Source: TPA_inf: Saccharomyces
Lineage: Eukaryota
DNA: 64,000 nucleotides
NCBI GenBank assembly: GCA_000146045.2
Contig: BK006945.2
Location: 864,001-928,000, forward strand
Direction of reading: 5' to 3'
Below the pieces are notes generated by a model that was not told the origin of the DNA, did no database searches, and saw only the letters and a program-made list of their open reading frames with translations. Position numbers and translations under genes: made by a program. Of this stretch, positions 11,473 to 24,200 are shown piece after piece; within the stretch, counting starts at the first letter, position 1, and each line of letters starts with the position of its first letter.

Positions 11473-11480
11473 TCTTTACT

Positions 11481-11489
11481 TTTTTTTTA
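11481..11489 (+). terminator. RNA polymerase III terminator (T9 run) 9 nt downstream of the tRNA-Lys gene
   Basis: TTTTTTTTT immediately follows the tRNA 3' trailer. Confidence 0.8.
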
Positions 11490-11735
11490 TCAACTTCCTT
11501 TGCTTCACGCCTATTATAAATTTAGATCGCGTATGATATTGTTAATCGGCGGTTAGAATTTATAAAAATCGACGATTTTCTAGGAATTATTTGCGCATAC
11601 ATATATATAGTTATTTAGCTCTATACAGGTGTAAGAAGGCGTTGATAAAACTATGGTAACAAAATAAAAAAATAGAGGGAGGGGTGTGGCTAAATGCGAT
11701 TTTTTTTTTCTTTGGATATTATTTTCATTTTATAT

Positions 11736-13178
11736 TCACATCAAATCAGAAAATCCTGGAACGAGGTTCTTAGTAAACCCACCTTCCTTGGCGGCAGCTT
11801 CGTAGTAGCCGTAGATGGTGGTAGTAGCCATCAAAATGGATGCCCCAGAACCTAAAGTACCTAGTAGGTCGGAGCCAACAGAAAGAGCACCGATGGTAGC
11901 ACCGCCGAAAGCAGCAGCAGTTGGAATGATCTTCTTCAATTCTCTGTAAATGGAGGTTTCTCTCTTACCGTTAATGACCATGCCTTGATCTTTGAATTGT
12001 TTGGCAATGTCACGTGGGGAAGTGCCGGAGATTTCGATCCATGTCTTGGAAAATACTGCGCATGAACCAAGAACAAATGTGATGTAGACGATGGTCTTGA
12101 TAGGGTCCAGAAGAGCTTCGGATAAAGACATTAATGGTTGGATGTAGTAGGCCAACCCGCTCAAGGCCATTTGAGGGCCCTGGGTGCCCGGCCTGATACC
12201 CCAAACACCGATCAAACGAATCAATGGATTGGTTGGGTATTTCTGGAAAAGGATTTGAGAGATCAAGAAAATGTTAGAAGTCAATGCACTCTGCAACATG
12301 ATTGGGGTGTTGGAAGTATAAAAGAGTTTGATGGGGTAGATACCAATTTGACCTCTCACTTTGGTTGACCTGATGGGCAATTCGTAACGGAAGCCTTGTA
12401 AATATAAAACAAAGAGGAAGATGGCCACGGTCATCAACACTTGGAACATATTAGGTAGATTGGTACGGTAAAAGGCCTCGACAAGGGCTCTTTTCTTGTC
12501 CTTTCTGACAGCCAAAAGATGGAAAAAGGCAATCACAGCACCTTCGAACTCCTTACCACGACCGGAATTGACTGTAGTAGGAGCAAACGCTCTCCAGAAA
12601 ATTTGTTCGGCAATATTGGTTGCCGTGAACAGAGAAATACCGGAACCCAAGCCGTAACCCTTAGATAGCAATTCGTCTAATAACATCACAATCAGCGATG
12701 CAAACATCAATTGAAAGATTAACAACAAACAGATGGGCAATCCGAGGTCCGAAGGGGCACCGTAGTTACCTGTCATGACGACCACAAGGGCTTGGCCCAA
12801 GATCAGAATAATAGCGCACACCTTTTGAGCAATTTGGAACAGCTCTCTGTCCTGCTTGCTCTCAGGTCTGATTTGTAAAAGCTGAGTACCCTGCAAAAAT
12901 TGGAAAATCATAGATGAAGTGATGATGGGCGAAACACCCAATTCCAGTAAAGTACCACGGTTGGAGGCCAGCATGGCACGTAGCCAGTACAGAGGGTCGG
13001 AAGTCTCACTGGACACGATCCCGTACAGCGGAATCTGGCCCAGAATCAAAAAGATCAGTAGAGAAACGCCTGTCCAGATAAGTTTCTGGTTGTATGGAAC
13101 CTTCCTTTCTGGAGCAATCACTTCCGGCAGGAAAGATTCAAATGGCTTAAACAAGTCTAGAACACGGTTGGAGGACAT
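11736..13178 (-). CDS. SEC61: Sec61 translocon alpha subunit, 480 aa
   Basis: The ORF-track start MKMSSNRV is two codons upstream. The protein [20 protein letters not shown]... and the SecY/Sec61alpha 10-TM profile match yeast Sec61 at 480 aa. Confidence 0.95.
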
Positions 13179-13477
13179 TTTCAAAGTAAAGCGTGAACCA
13201 GTGTCAGTTTTTCTACTTGCTACTATATTTAACTATGTTTTTTTCTTTTGCTTTCACCAACTGAACCTTGTAGTAAATGGAGTGAGGTTGAATTGAGGAC
13301 TGAAAAAAAGGTTAGTTCGGAGGCCGCTGAAGTTTCCGATTGGGAGCAGGAATTGAGGATGGAGGGTGCAAAGTGAGGTCCTTGATTTGTTGTTTTTACA
13401 CTAAACTACGTTACCACCGTAACGCCAATTCAAGGCAGGAATTATGCTTGTTGTTTGGCAAAAGTTGCCGAAAGAAA

Positions 13478-13513
13478 GAATGAGAGAGAACGACAAAGAG
13501 AATGAGAGAGAAC
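13478..13513. repeat. 15-bp direct repeat AGAATGAGAGAGAAC, two copies 21 bp apart, within a GA-rich block; a (GA)6 run follows at 13561-13575
   Basis: Read directly in the SEC61/CSR1 divergent intergenic region. Confidence 0.7.
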
Positions 13514-13545
13514 ACGTAAAGCGAAAAATCTGGAGCGCTGCCGCG

Positions 13546-13553
13546 CCGGGTAA
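13546..13553. promoter_or_regulatory. Reb1 site (CCGGGTAA, reverse complement of TTACCCGG) in the SEC61/CSR1 divergent intergenic region
   Basis: This is an exact match to the TTACCCGG Reb1 core. Confidence 0.45.
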
Positions 13554-14278
13554 CAAGTGTGAAGAGAGAGAGAGATGTAAGGAAGATGAATACATTCAAT
13601 ACATTCTAGCTTATAGCAAGCTTTCAGCAGGCTCAATTGCTTATAGCGGTATAACTGCAACAAGAGTGAAAATTAATATGGTGACGAACGACGGATTCGG
13701 TAGTACAGTGTTATAATGCCGGCAATTACCGTATGCCATCGGAATCCAGATGCATTTCTGAACCTTTCCACTCGGGAAAACCACTCGTCATGTCACACGG
13801 AGAGTTGGCCATGAACTGGCTAATGGGATGGTCTAAGGCGACCACTGTAAGAAGAACAAGAGATGATGCAAGCTAAAGCAAGCAGGTCTCAAATAAACGC
13901 TACTTGTGCCGTTGACAGCTTGTTTATCTTGCACATGGCAAGGCCATCGCGTCCCTGCGTCCCAAGAGTGCGCGGTATACGTGCGGCCCTAAACGAGGCG
14001 GTCTCTGTTCTCTGATATATTTCTTTTCTTTCTTCGTTGTTTTGTTTCGTGTTTGTTGAGCTCCTGCCTTCAATCGGCATCGTCCTCTTGCGTACGTACA
14101 TAAAATCGTTACAGCTTTGTTCACATGGTGAAAACAATAGCGTTTGGTACGCTCTTTAAATCTTGGCACTTGTCACTTACGCTCCTTTAAACAAAATCAA
14201 ACATACAAATATACGGATACGTACGCACACAGAAGCATAAAAGCACAAAAGCACATAAGAAGACCACATATAAACTAG

Positions 14279-15508
<1,230 letters not shown>

Positions 15509-15613
15509 GCCAAGCCACGCGACGCTCCATACTGTATAGACCTTTATTATAAAAACATCTATTTCTTTATATGTCCCTCTATCTTATTTTTCTTTTACTT
15601 TTATTTGTATAAT

Positions 15614-15621
15614 ACGCGAAA
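15614..15621. promoter_or_regulatory. MCB/SCB-like element ACGCGAAA about 100 bp upstream of the CTF3 ATG
   Basis: It matches the ACGCGAAA form of MBF/SBF sites. This is a single occurrence. Confidence 0.35.
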
Positions 15622-15722
15622 AATTATAGAATCATTTATTATCAAAAACAATCAACTATGAAATGAAAAACAATACGCCTGCTAATACGGTTCGCCCTTC
15701 AATTTTTGTTTTTTTTACATGA

Positions 15723-17924
15723 ATGAGTCTTATACTAGATGATATCATCCTCTCACTAACGAATGCTAACGAACGAACGCCACCACAGGCCCTTAAAACC
15801 ACTTTAAGCCTGCTATACGAAAAATCAAAACAATATGGTCTTTCTTCGCCGCAACTACAAGCACTTGTAAGGTTACTCTGTGAAACTTCCATAATAGACA
15901 CAGTTACAAAAGTGTACATCGTCGAAAATTGCTTTTTACCTGATGGCTACTTGACGAAGGAACTTCTTTTGGAGATTATTAACCATCTCGGTACGCCAAC
16001 GGTATTCTCTAGATATCGCATACAAACGCCTCCGGTCCTACAATCTGCGTTGTGCAAATGGTTAGTGCATGTTTATTTCCTATTTCCTGTACATTCAGAA
16101 CGAGAACACAATATATCCAGTTCTATCTGGTTACATTTATGGCAATTCTCGTTCTTACAGAAGTGGATAACTCCCCTGGTTATTTGGCAAGCCACGACGC
16201 CCGTTGATGTCAAACCTTGGAAGTTGTCTATTATCAAGAGATGCGCTATGCATCCAGGTTACCGGGACGCTCCCGGTAGTGCGACGCTTATTTTGCAACG
16301 ATTTCAATGTCTCGTGGGCGCATCCAGTCAGATTACTGAATCAATAATTACCATCAATTGCAATAGAAAGACTTTGAAAAGTCATCGAAACTTAAAATTG
16401 GATGCGCATTTCCTATCCATTTTGAAAAGAATATTATCCAGAGCACATCCCGCTAATTTTCCCGCTGACACTGTCCAAAACACAATTGACATGTACTTGA
16501 GTGAAATTCATCAATTAGGTGCTGATTCTATATACCCACTTCGACTTCAATCACTTCCAGAATATGTTCCCTCTGACAGTACGGTCTCTCTTTGGGATGT
16601 CACTTCATTGGAACAATTAGCTCAAAACTGGCCACAATTGCATATTCCCAATGATGTAGATTACATGATGAAGCCATCTTTAAACAGCAATGTTTTACTG
16701 CCGCGAAAAGTCATGTCTAGGGATTCTCTCAAACACTTGTACTCTAGTATCATTCTCATTAAAAATAGCCGCGATGAGTCGTCATCACCATACGAATGGT
16801 GCATTTGGCAATTGAAGCGATGCTTTGCACATCAGATAGAGACTCCGCAAGAAGTTATTCCCATTATTATTTCGGTGTCCTCAATGGATAATAAACTGTC
16901 TTCTCGCATTATTCAAACGTTTTGTAATTTGAAATACTTAAAACTCGATGAGCTTACGTTGAAAAAGGTTTGTGGCGGAATCTTGCCATTATGGAAGCCT
17001 GAACTAATCAGTGGTACAAGGGAATTTTTCGTTAAGTTTATGGCCAGTATTTTTATGTGGAGTACACGAGATGGTCACGACAATAATTGCACATTTTCTG
17101 AAACTTGTTTTTACGTTTTACAAATGATTACAAACTGGGTTTTAGATGATAAATTGATAGCACTCGGGTTGACACTACTGCATGACATGCAAAGCCTGCT
17201 AACTTTGGACAAAATCTTTAACAATGCTACTTCAAACAGATTTTCTACGATGGCTTTCATCAGCTCGTTAGATATTTTAACTCAACTGTCGAAACAAACG
17301 AAGTCGGATTATGCGATCCAATATTTGATTGTGGGCCCTGACATCATGAATAAAGTGTTCAGTTCGGACGATCCTTTGCTATTATCAGCTGCGTGCAGGT
17401 ACTTGGTTGCTACGAAAAATAAATTGATGCAATACCCGTCAACAAACAAATTCGTTCGGATGCAGAACCAATATATCATGGATTTGACAAATTATCTTTA
17501 CAGGAATAAAGTTCTGTCATCCAAAAGTTTGTTTGGAGTCTCACCAGATTTCTTTAAGCAGATTTTGGAGAATCTTTATATCCCAACTGCAGACTTCAAG
17601 AACGCTAAATTTTTCACGATAACTGGTATACCAGCGCTATCCTACATATGTATTATTATTCTAAGACGACTGGAAACGGCCGAAAATACCAAAATAAAAT
17701 TCACCAGTGGGATCATAAATGAAGAGACGTTTAACAATTTCTTTCGAGTTCATCATGATGAGATTGGCCAGCATGGTTGGATAAAGGGCGTTAATAACAT
17801 TCACGACTTGAGAGTAAAGATTTTAATGCATTTGAGTAACACTGCTAATCCATATAGAGACATTGCAGCATTCTTGTTTACATATTTGAAGAGTCTCTCA
17901 AAGTATAGCGTTCAAAATTCTTAG
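15723..17924 (+). CDS. CTF3: Outer-kinetochore protein (CENP-I homolog), 733 aa
   Basis: The 733-aa ORF has the length and position of YLR381W. It is a Leu-rich helical protein with no other family signature. Confidence 0.82.
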   Translation: MSLILDDIILSLTNANERTPPQALKTTLSLLYEKSKQYGLSSPQLQALVRLLCETSIIDTVTKVYIVENCFLPDGYLTKELLLEIINHLGTPTVFSRYRIQTPPVLQSALCKWLVHVYFLFPVHSEREHNISSSIWLHLWQFSFLQKWITPLVIWQATTPVDVKPWKLSIIKRCAMHPGYRDAPGSATLILQRFQCLVGASSQITESIITINCNRKTLKSHRNLKLDAHFLSILKRILSRAHPANFPADTVQNTIDMYLSEIHQLGADSIYPLRLQSLPEYVPSDSTVSLWDVTSLEQLAQNWPQLHIPNDVDYMMKPSLNSNVLLPRKVMSRDSLKHLYSSIILIKNSRDESSSPYEWCIWQLKRCFAHQIETPQEVIPIIISVSSMDNKLSSRIIQTFCNLKYLKLDELTLKKVCGGILPLWKPELISGTREFFVKFMASIFMWSTRDGHDNNCTFSETCFYVLQMITNWVLDDKLIALGLTLLHDMQSLLTLDKIFNNATSNRFSTMAFISSLDILTQLSKQTKSDYAIQYLIVGPDIMNKVFSSDDPLLLSAACRYLVATKNKLMQYPSTNKFVRMQNQYIMDLTNYLYRNKVLSSKSLFGVSPDFFKQILENLYIPTADFKNAKFFTITGIPALSYICIIILRRLETAENTKIKFTSGIINEETFNNFFRVHHDEIGQHGWIKGVNNIHDLRVKILMHLSNTANPYRDIAAFLFTYLKSLSKYSVQNS

Positions 17925-17948
17925 AATATGCATCCACATTTATATACA

Positions 17949-17969
17949 TATATATATATATATATATAT
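17949..17969. repeat. (TA)n microsatellite, about 10 units, in the CTF3/NAM2 convergent 3' intergenic region
   Basis: catatatatatatatatatatatatt. Confidence 0.9.
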
Positions 17970-18066
17970 TATAACTTCCAAAAAGGAGATTGGACAATTT
18001 ATATCTATAAGGCATTAATATTTAACTATTTACAAGCACTAGTGGTAAATTCATGGCGTCATATGA

Positions 18067-20751
18067 TTACTTGTGGAATAAGAAACTAATCACATTGAAT
18101 TTCATGACAAATTTTTTGATTTTTTTATTCATCAAATACATTCTCCCTTCCGGTAAGTTCATCAAAGTTTCAATAACAGCATCCCTACCTAATTTCAAAA
18201 AGTTTTTGTCAGCCGTGTACATGAATTTGACTCTGCCATTTACCACAATTTGAAACTTTTTGAATTTGGACTCAGTAGTGCGCTCAACTTCTGGCCAGCG
18301 GTATTGGTTCCATTCCATTTGGGAGTTGATCATCTCTGCAGCTTCTTCTGAAATTGACGGGACAGCAGGATATATAACGGTTACCAACTTTTGTAAATTC
18401 TGTACTATCATTTCATTCCTTACTTCACCTTTTTTCAATGCACTTTCTAAAATATTGGTTAGCTTCATATAATCAGATATTACAGTGTTTAACGATAGAT
18501 TAACTTCAAATGATTCCGTAATTGATTTCAAGAAGCGTTGGAAATCGTTGTGAAATTTCACTTCTGCATCATTTAAGTCGGTCGGGGTCTTGTAGTCTTT
18601 ACTTATTGCCAAATCCTTCTCGAGACTGAGAATATTTTTGGTCAAATGAAGAACCTTCTGCAACCAACGTTCTATACCAACAATCTTGGATTCATCCCAA
18701 TTCAGGGCATCTGCAATTGGACTTTGGAAGAGGATATGTGCTCTCGTAGCATCAGGTCCATGTCTTAAAATACATTCATTTGGATCTGCACCATTGTATT
18801 TAGATTTCGACATTTTTTCATAAGAGACTACCGGAACCTTGCCATTTGATTTAATAATCACTGTGTTGCCATCTGGAGAGTCATTTACAAAGGTTAACTC
18901 GTCAGGCTTCAAAAATTTACCAGAATCGGGGTCAACATAGGTTTTCCCTTGAACCATTCCTTGTGTCACCAGTTTTTTGAATGGTTCGAAGATGCCAGCA
19001 GGGTCGCTCCATGCATTGATAGATCCGAGAAATTTAGCAATAAACCTTGAGTATAACAAGTGTAAGATAGCATGTTCTACTCCACCAATATAAATATCAA
19101 CCGGCATATTTTTACTTGCAATTTCACGATCAAATGGTTTTGAAGTGTTTTTGGGATCCAAGAATCTGAAATAATACCAAGAACTATCGATAAAAGTATC
19201 CATGGTGTCAGTTTCTCTTTTCGCAGGGCTCCCGCATGAAGGACAGGCGACATTTACAAATTCATCGATTGTGGACAGCGGATTCCCTTTTGTATCCAAG
19301 CCTTCAAGTTCTGGTAGCTTGACAGGTAGATCACTTTCTGGAACGGGGACAGGTCCACAGTTGTCGCAGTGAATGATGGGTATTGGAGTACCCCAGTATC
19401 TTTGTCTACTTATCAGCCAATCTCTAATTTTGTATCTAACGACGCTCTTAGACAGTCCTTCGCTATTCAACATCCCCATTATCGATTTCCTTGCCACTAC
19501 AGTGAGAACTCCTGAGTGTTCTCCGCATTCTTTGGTTAGGACACCGTCAGTAGATGTGAACGGGACAGTATCAATTATTCTTTGTCTTTCCTGTTCAGTT
19601 ACTTTTGAAGCATCGTCAAAAAAAGGTGCTATGCACGTCTTGATATGTTCACCAGGACAATTTGTTTGCCAAAACTCAAAATCTCGGTTATCGTGTCCTG
19701 GACAACCCATTACTGCACTAGGTGCTGAACCATAGCTGCTGACCACATATGGAGCTGCAAATATGGGGACTTCCTCTTTAGTTAAGGGATTTACGGCCTT
19801 TATGTTAGGTAACTGAAATCCTTCCTTCGTATCGTTTGGTAATTGATCACTTTTCTGTATAAACTCTTTTAAATCCGGCATTTCCTCGCAGTATTTTTGT
19901 ACAATTGGGTGGTCTAATGCGAGAGCAACATACTGTACAGCAAAAAGAGTTTCCGGTCTTGTTGTAAAGACAATCAAGTTTTCAAATTTGGGGTCCGCAA
20001 CTTTGAACACTAATTCTGCACCCACAGATTCGCCTATCCAATTTTTTTGCATTTGCTTCACGTTGGAAGGCCAGTCCTTCAGTTGGTTCAAGTGCTTTTT
20101 CAATTTAGGAGCGAATTTCGTTATTCCCAAAAACCACTGTTTTAGCTGCTTCTTTTCCACAATAGCCCCTGATCTCCAAGAACGGCCCTGGGCATCCACT
20201 TGTTCATTAGCCAAAACTGTCATATCAACGGGATCCCAATTAATTTCTGCTTCTTTACGATAAGCTAAGCCATTTTCAAAAAGTTTTAAGAAAATCCATT
20301 GGGTGAATTTATAGTATTCGGGATCACATGTAGTTATTTCTCTGTCCCAATCAAAATTTGCCAGCATACTTTGCATTTGTTGTTTCATTTTTGCAATATT
20401 GTCCCTAGTCCATATGGCCGGATTAATGCTTCTTTCTATAGCAGCGTTCTCGGCAGGTAACCCAAAAGCATCCCATCCCATCGGATGTATCACGTTGTAC
20501 CCTTTTTGTTTGTAAAATCTATTCAAAGAGTCGCTAATGACATAAACTCGGAGATGTCCTATGTGAAGCGCCCCAGAAGGATATGGAAACTGGCACAGAA
20601 TATATTTCGACCCGCTATTCAGAGTATCCTGCTTAGGCAAGCCACGGGTTGTCTTCTGTTTCCATTTCTCCCCAATTGCAATTAATTTTTTCACTGCAGG
20701 TCCAGGGCCCCTTTTAGTGGATAGGAATCGGCTTGAAGGTCGAGACAGCAT
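18067..20751 (-). CDS. NAM2: Mitochondrial leucyl-tRNA synthetase, 894 aa
   Basis: Class I aminoacyl-tRNA-synthetase motifs are present (HIGH: PYPSGALHIGHLRVY; KMSKS: YEKMSKSKYNG). The mitochondrial presequence MLSRPSSRFLSTKRG starts at the 2nd in-frame ATG, which gives the known 894 aa. The ORF-track first ATG is 11 codons upstream. Confidence 0.93.
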   Translation of the reverse strand: MLSRPSSRFLSTKRGPGPAVKKLIAIGEKWKQKTTRGLPKQDTLNSGSKYILCQFPYPSGALHIGHLRVYVISDSLNRFYKQKGYNVIHPMGWDAFGLPAENAAIERSINPAIWTRDNIAKMKQQMQSMLANFDWDREITTCDPEYYKFTQWIFLKLFENGLAYRKEAEINWDPVDMTVLANEQVDAQGRSWRSGAIVEKKQLKQWFLGITKFAPKLKKHLNQLKDWPSNVKQMQKNWIGESVGAELVFKVADPKFENLIVFTTRPETLFAVQYVALALDHPIVQKYCEEMPDLKEFIQKSDQLPNDTKEGFQLPNIKAVNPLTKEEVPIFAAPYVVSSYGSAPSAVMGCPGHDNRDFEFWQTNCPGEHIKTCIAPFFDDASKVTEQERQRIIDTVPFTSTDGVLTKECGEHSGVLTVVARKSIMGMLNSEGLSKSVVRYKIRDWLISRQRYWGTPIPIIHCDNCGPVPVPESDLPVKLPELEGLDTKGNPLSTIDEFVNVACPSCGSPAKRETDTMDTFIDSSWYYFRFLDPKNTSKPFDREIASKNMPVDIYIGGVEHAILHLLYSRFIAKFLGSINAWSDPAGIFEPFKKLVTQGMVQGKTYVDPDSGKFLKPDELTFVNDSPDGNTVIIKSNGKVPVVSYEKMSKSKYNGADPNECILRHGPDATRAHILFQSPIADALNWDESKIVGIERWLQKVLHLTKNILSLEKDLAISKDYKTPTDLNDAEVKFHNDFQRFLKSITESFEVNLSLNTVISDYMKLTNILESALKKGEVRNEMIVQNLQKLVTVIYPAVPSISEEAAEMINSQMEWNQYRWPEVERTTESKFKKFQIVVNGRVKFMYTADKNFLKLGRDAVIETLMNLPEGRMYLMNKKIKKFVMKFNVISFLFHK

Positions 20752-21114
20752 TTTTCCACCGTACACACACGTCGATTTATTCACGTACAGACTCTACAAT
20801 ATAGAGTACTAGCGCCTTGTTTAACACTCTGCTGTGCTCCTTCCTCCAAGTTCTTGATTCTCCACCGGAGCAACAAAACGACTTTCTTCGGTTTCTTTGA
20901 TTCTTCGCGGAGATAAGAAATGAGATTCTTGGATCAAAAAGTGTGTCAGAGGTAGGGAAATGTCAAGCAAGTTCATGAACAGACCAGGAGTAGTATGGCA
21001 TGGTATTAAAGATTTTTCTGTGGTATTTGATAGTTAGGCAAAAGGAACATTTTCATCCAAGTTTTATCAAAATTTCTGTTTTATAGTGAAAATTCTAAGT
21101 TAAACTTGCCAAAA

Positions 21115-21125
21115 ACGCGTCGCGT
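21115..21125. promoter_or_regulatory. MluI cell-cycle box (MCB) ACGCGTCGCGT about 165 bp upstream of the SMC6 ATG
   Basis: A perfect ACGCGT core is immediately followed by a second CGCGT, giving two overlapping MBF sites. Confidence 0.55.
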
Positions 21126-21287
21126 ATACTAAATTTCAATGTTTGGATCTATCAACATGAATATTTATATTTCATGTAGTGAAGTTCATAATAAGAAAAA
21201 AAGACAAGAGGCATATAGGTTCGCAAGAGATAAGTAGCTGCTGTTAATAATAATAAAGAGCATATTCTTGTTAGATTGCTAAATGGT

Positions 21288-24200
21288 ATGATTTCGACTA
21301 CGATTAGTGGTAAAAGACCTATAGAGCAGGTTGATGATGAGCTACTTTCACTGACTGCGCAGCAGGAAAACGAAGAGCAGCAGCAGCAGAGAAAACGCAG
21401 ACGTCATCAATTTGCCCCCATGACACAGTTTAACAGCAATACACTAGATGAAGACAGCGGGTTTAGGAGCTCCTCTGACGTGGCCACGGCGGATCAAGAT
21501 AACTTTTTGGAAGAGTCACCTTCAGGATATATTAAGAAAGTGATCTTGCGAAACTTTATGTGCCATGAACATTTTGAACTTGAGCTTGGTTCTAGGCTGA
21601 ATTTTATTGTTGGTAATAATGGTAGTGGTAAAAGTGCAATTTTGACCGCCATTACTATTGGTTTGGGAGCCAAGGCTAGCGAGACTAACAGAGGTTCCTC
21701 TTTGAAGGATTTGATTCGTGAAGGTTGTTATTCTGCTAAAATCATCCTTCATCTGGATAATAGCAAGTATGGTGCTTATCAGCAAGGTATTTTTGGTAAC
21801 GAAATTATAGTAGAAAGGATAATTAAGAGAGATGGGCCCGCTTCTTTTAGTTTAAGGTCGGAAAACGGCAAGGAAATTAGCAATAAGAAAAAGGATATTC
21901 AGACGGTAGTGGACTATTTTTCTGTTCCTGTAAGCAACCCCATGTGTTTCCTGTCACAAGACGCTGCTAGGTCTTTCTTAACTGCTAGTACCTCACAGGA
22001 TAAGTATAGCCATTTTATGAAGGGTACTTTACTTCAAGAAATTACCGAGAATTTGCTTTACGCCAGTGCTATTCACGATAGTGCACAAGAAAATATGGCT
22101 CTGCACCTGGAGAATTTGAAGTCTTTGAAAGCTGAATACGAAGATGCCAAAAAACTGTTAAGGGAATTAAATCAGACTTCAGACTTGAACGAAAGGAAAA
22201 TGCTTTTGCAAGCGAAATCGTTATGGATCGATGTTGCCCATAATACAGATGCTTGTAAAAATTTAGAGAATGAAATCAGTGGCATTCAACAGAAAGTTGA
22301 TGAAGTTACTGAGAAAATTAGGAATAGGCAAGAAAAGATTGAAAGATATACATCTGATGGTACTACTATTGAAGCGCAAATTGATGCAAAGGTCATTTAT
22401 GTTAATGAAAAAGATAGTGAGCATCAAAATGCAAGGGAACTGTTAAGAGATGTCAAAAGCAGGTTTGAAAAGGAGAAAAGCAACCAAGCAGAAGCACAAA
22501 GCAATATCGATCAAGGTAGAAAAAAAGTAGATGCTTTGAATAAAACAATTGCGCATTTAGAAGAAGAACTCACGAAGGAAATGGGCGGTGATAAAGATCA
22601 GATGAGACAGGAGCTTGAACAGTTAGAAAAAGCTAATGAAAAATTGAGAGAGGTAAACAATTCTTTAGTTGTAAGTTTGCAAGATGTGAAGAATGAGGAA
22701 AGAGACATCCAACATGAACGTGAGTCTGAATTGAGGACAATTTCACGCAGCATTCAAAACAAAAAAGTGGAATTGCAGAATATTGCTAAGGGTAATGATA
22801 CTTTCTTAATGAATTTTGATCGTAACATGGATCGGCTCTTAAGGACAATAGAGCAAAGAAAAAACGAGTTCGAAACTCCGGCAATTGGACCTCTGGGTTC
22901 CCTTGTAACAATTAGAAAAGGTTTTGAGAAGTGGACACGTTCTATTCAAAGGGCTATTTCATCTTCGCTAAATGCATTTGTTGTGTCGAATCCAAAGGAT
23001 AACAGGTTATTTAGAGACATTATGAGGTCGTGTGGCATAAGAAGTAATATACCCATTGTTACTTATTGCTTGAGTCAATTTGATTATTCGAAAGGTAGAG
23101 CGCATGGAAATTATCCAACTATTGTGGATGCACTAGAATTTTCAAAGCCTGAAATTGAATGCTTATTCGTTGATTTAAGTAGAATTGAAAGAATAGTGTT
23201 AATTGAAGATAAAAACGAAGCCAGAAATTTCTTGCAACGAAATCCCGTGAACGTGAATATGGCTTTATCGCTAAGAGATAGACGTAGTGGGTTCCAGCTC
23301 TCTGGCGGATATCGACTAGATACGGTTACTTATCAAGATAAAATTAGATTAAAGGTCAACTCTTCATCCGACAATGGGACTCAATATTTAAAGGACTTGA
23401 TTGAACAAGAGACCAAAGAATTACAAAATATACGGGACCGTTACGAGGAAAAGCTAAGTGAAGTGAGGTCAAGATTAAAGGAAATAGATGGCAGACTCAA
23501 GAGTACCAAAAATGAAATGAGAAAAACTAATTTTAGGATGACAGAATTAAAAATGAATGTTGGCAAAGTAGTTGATACTGGTATATTAAATTCGAAAATA
23601 AATGAGAGGAAAAATCAAGAACAAGCCATCGCCAGTTACGAAGCCGCTAAAGAAGAATTAGGGCTGAAAATTGAGCAAATTGCACAGGAAGCTCAGCCAA
23701 TTAAAGAGCAATACGATTCTACGAAATTAGCATTGGTGGAAGCACAAGATGAACTGCAACAATTAAAAGAGGACATCAACAGTCGTCAATCTAAAATTCA
23801 AAAATACAAAGATGATACCATTTACTACGAGGATAAAAAAAAAGTCTACTTAGAAAATATAAAGAAAATTGAAGTTAACGTAGCAGCTTTAAAAGAAGGT
23901 ATACAGAGGCAAATTCAAAATGCTTGTGCATTTTGTTCAAAAGAGCGAATTGAGAATGTTGATTTACCAGATACACAAGAGGAGATTAAGCGTGAATTGG
24001 ATAAAGTCTCGAGAATGATTCAAAAAGCTGAAAAAAGCCTAGGATTATCGCAAGAGGAAGTCATCGCATTATTTGAGAAGTGTAGGAATAAATATAAAGA
24101 AGGTCAAAAGAAGTACATGGAGATAGACGAAGCACTGAACAGGTTACATAATTCCCTCAAAGCTCGTGATCAAAACTATAAAAATGCGGAAAAAGGGACT

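Noticed and set aside
12919-13296. 125-aa plus-strand ORF overlapping the SEC61 5' end (YLR379W-like)
   Set aside because: It is antisense to the highly conserved SEC61 coding sequence and is most likely a chance ORF.
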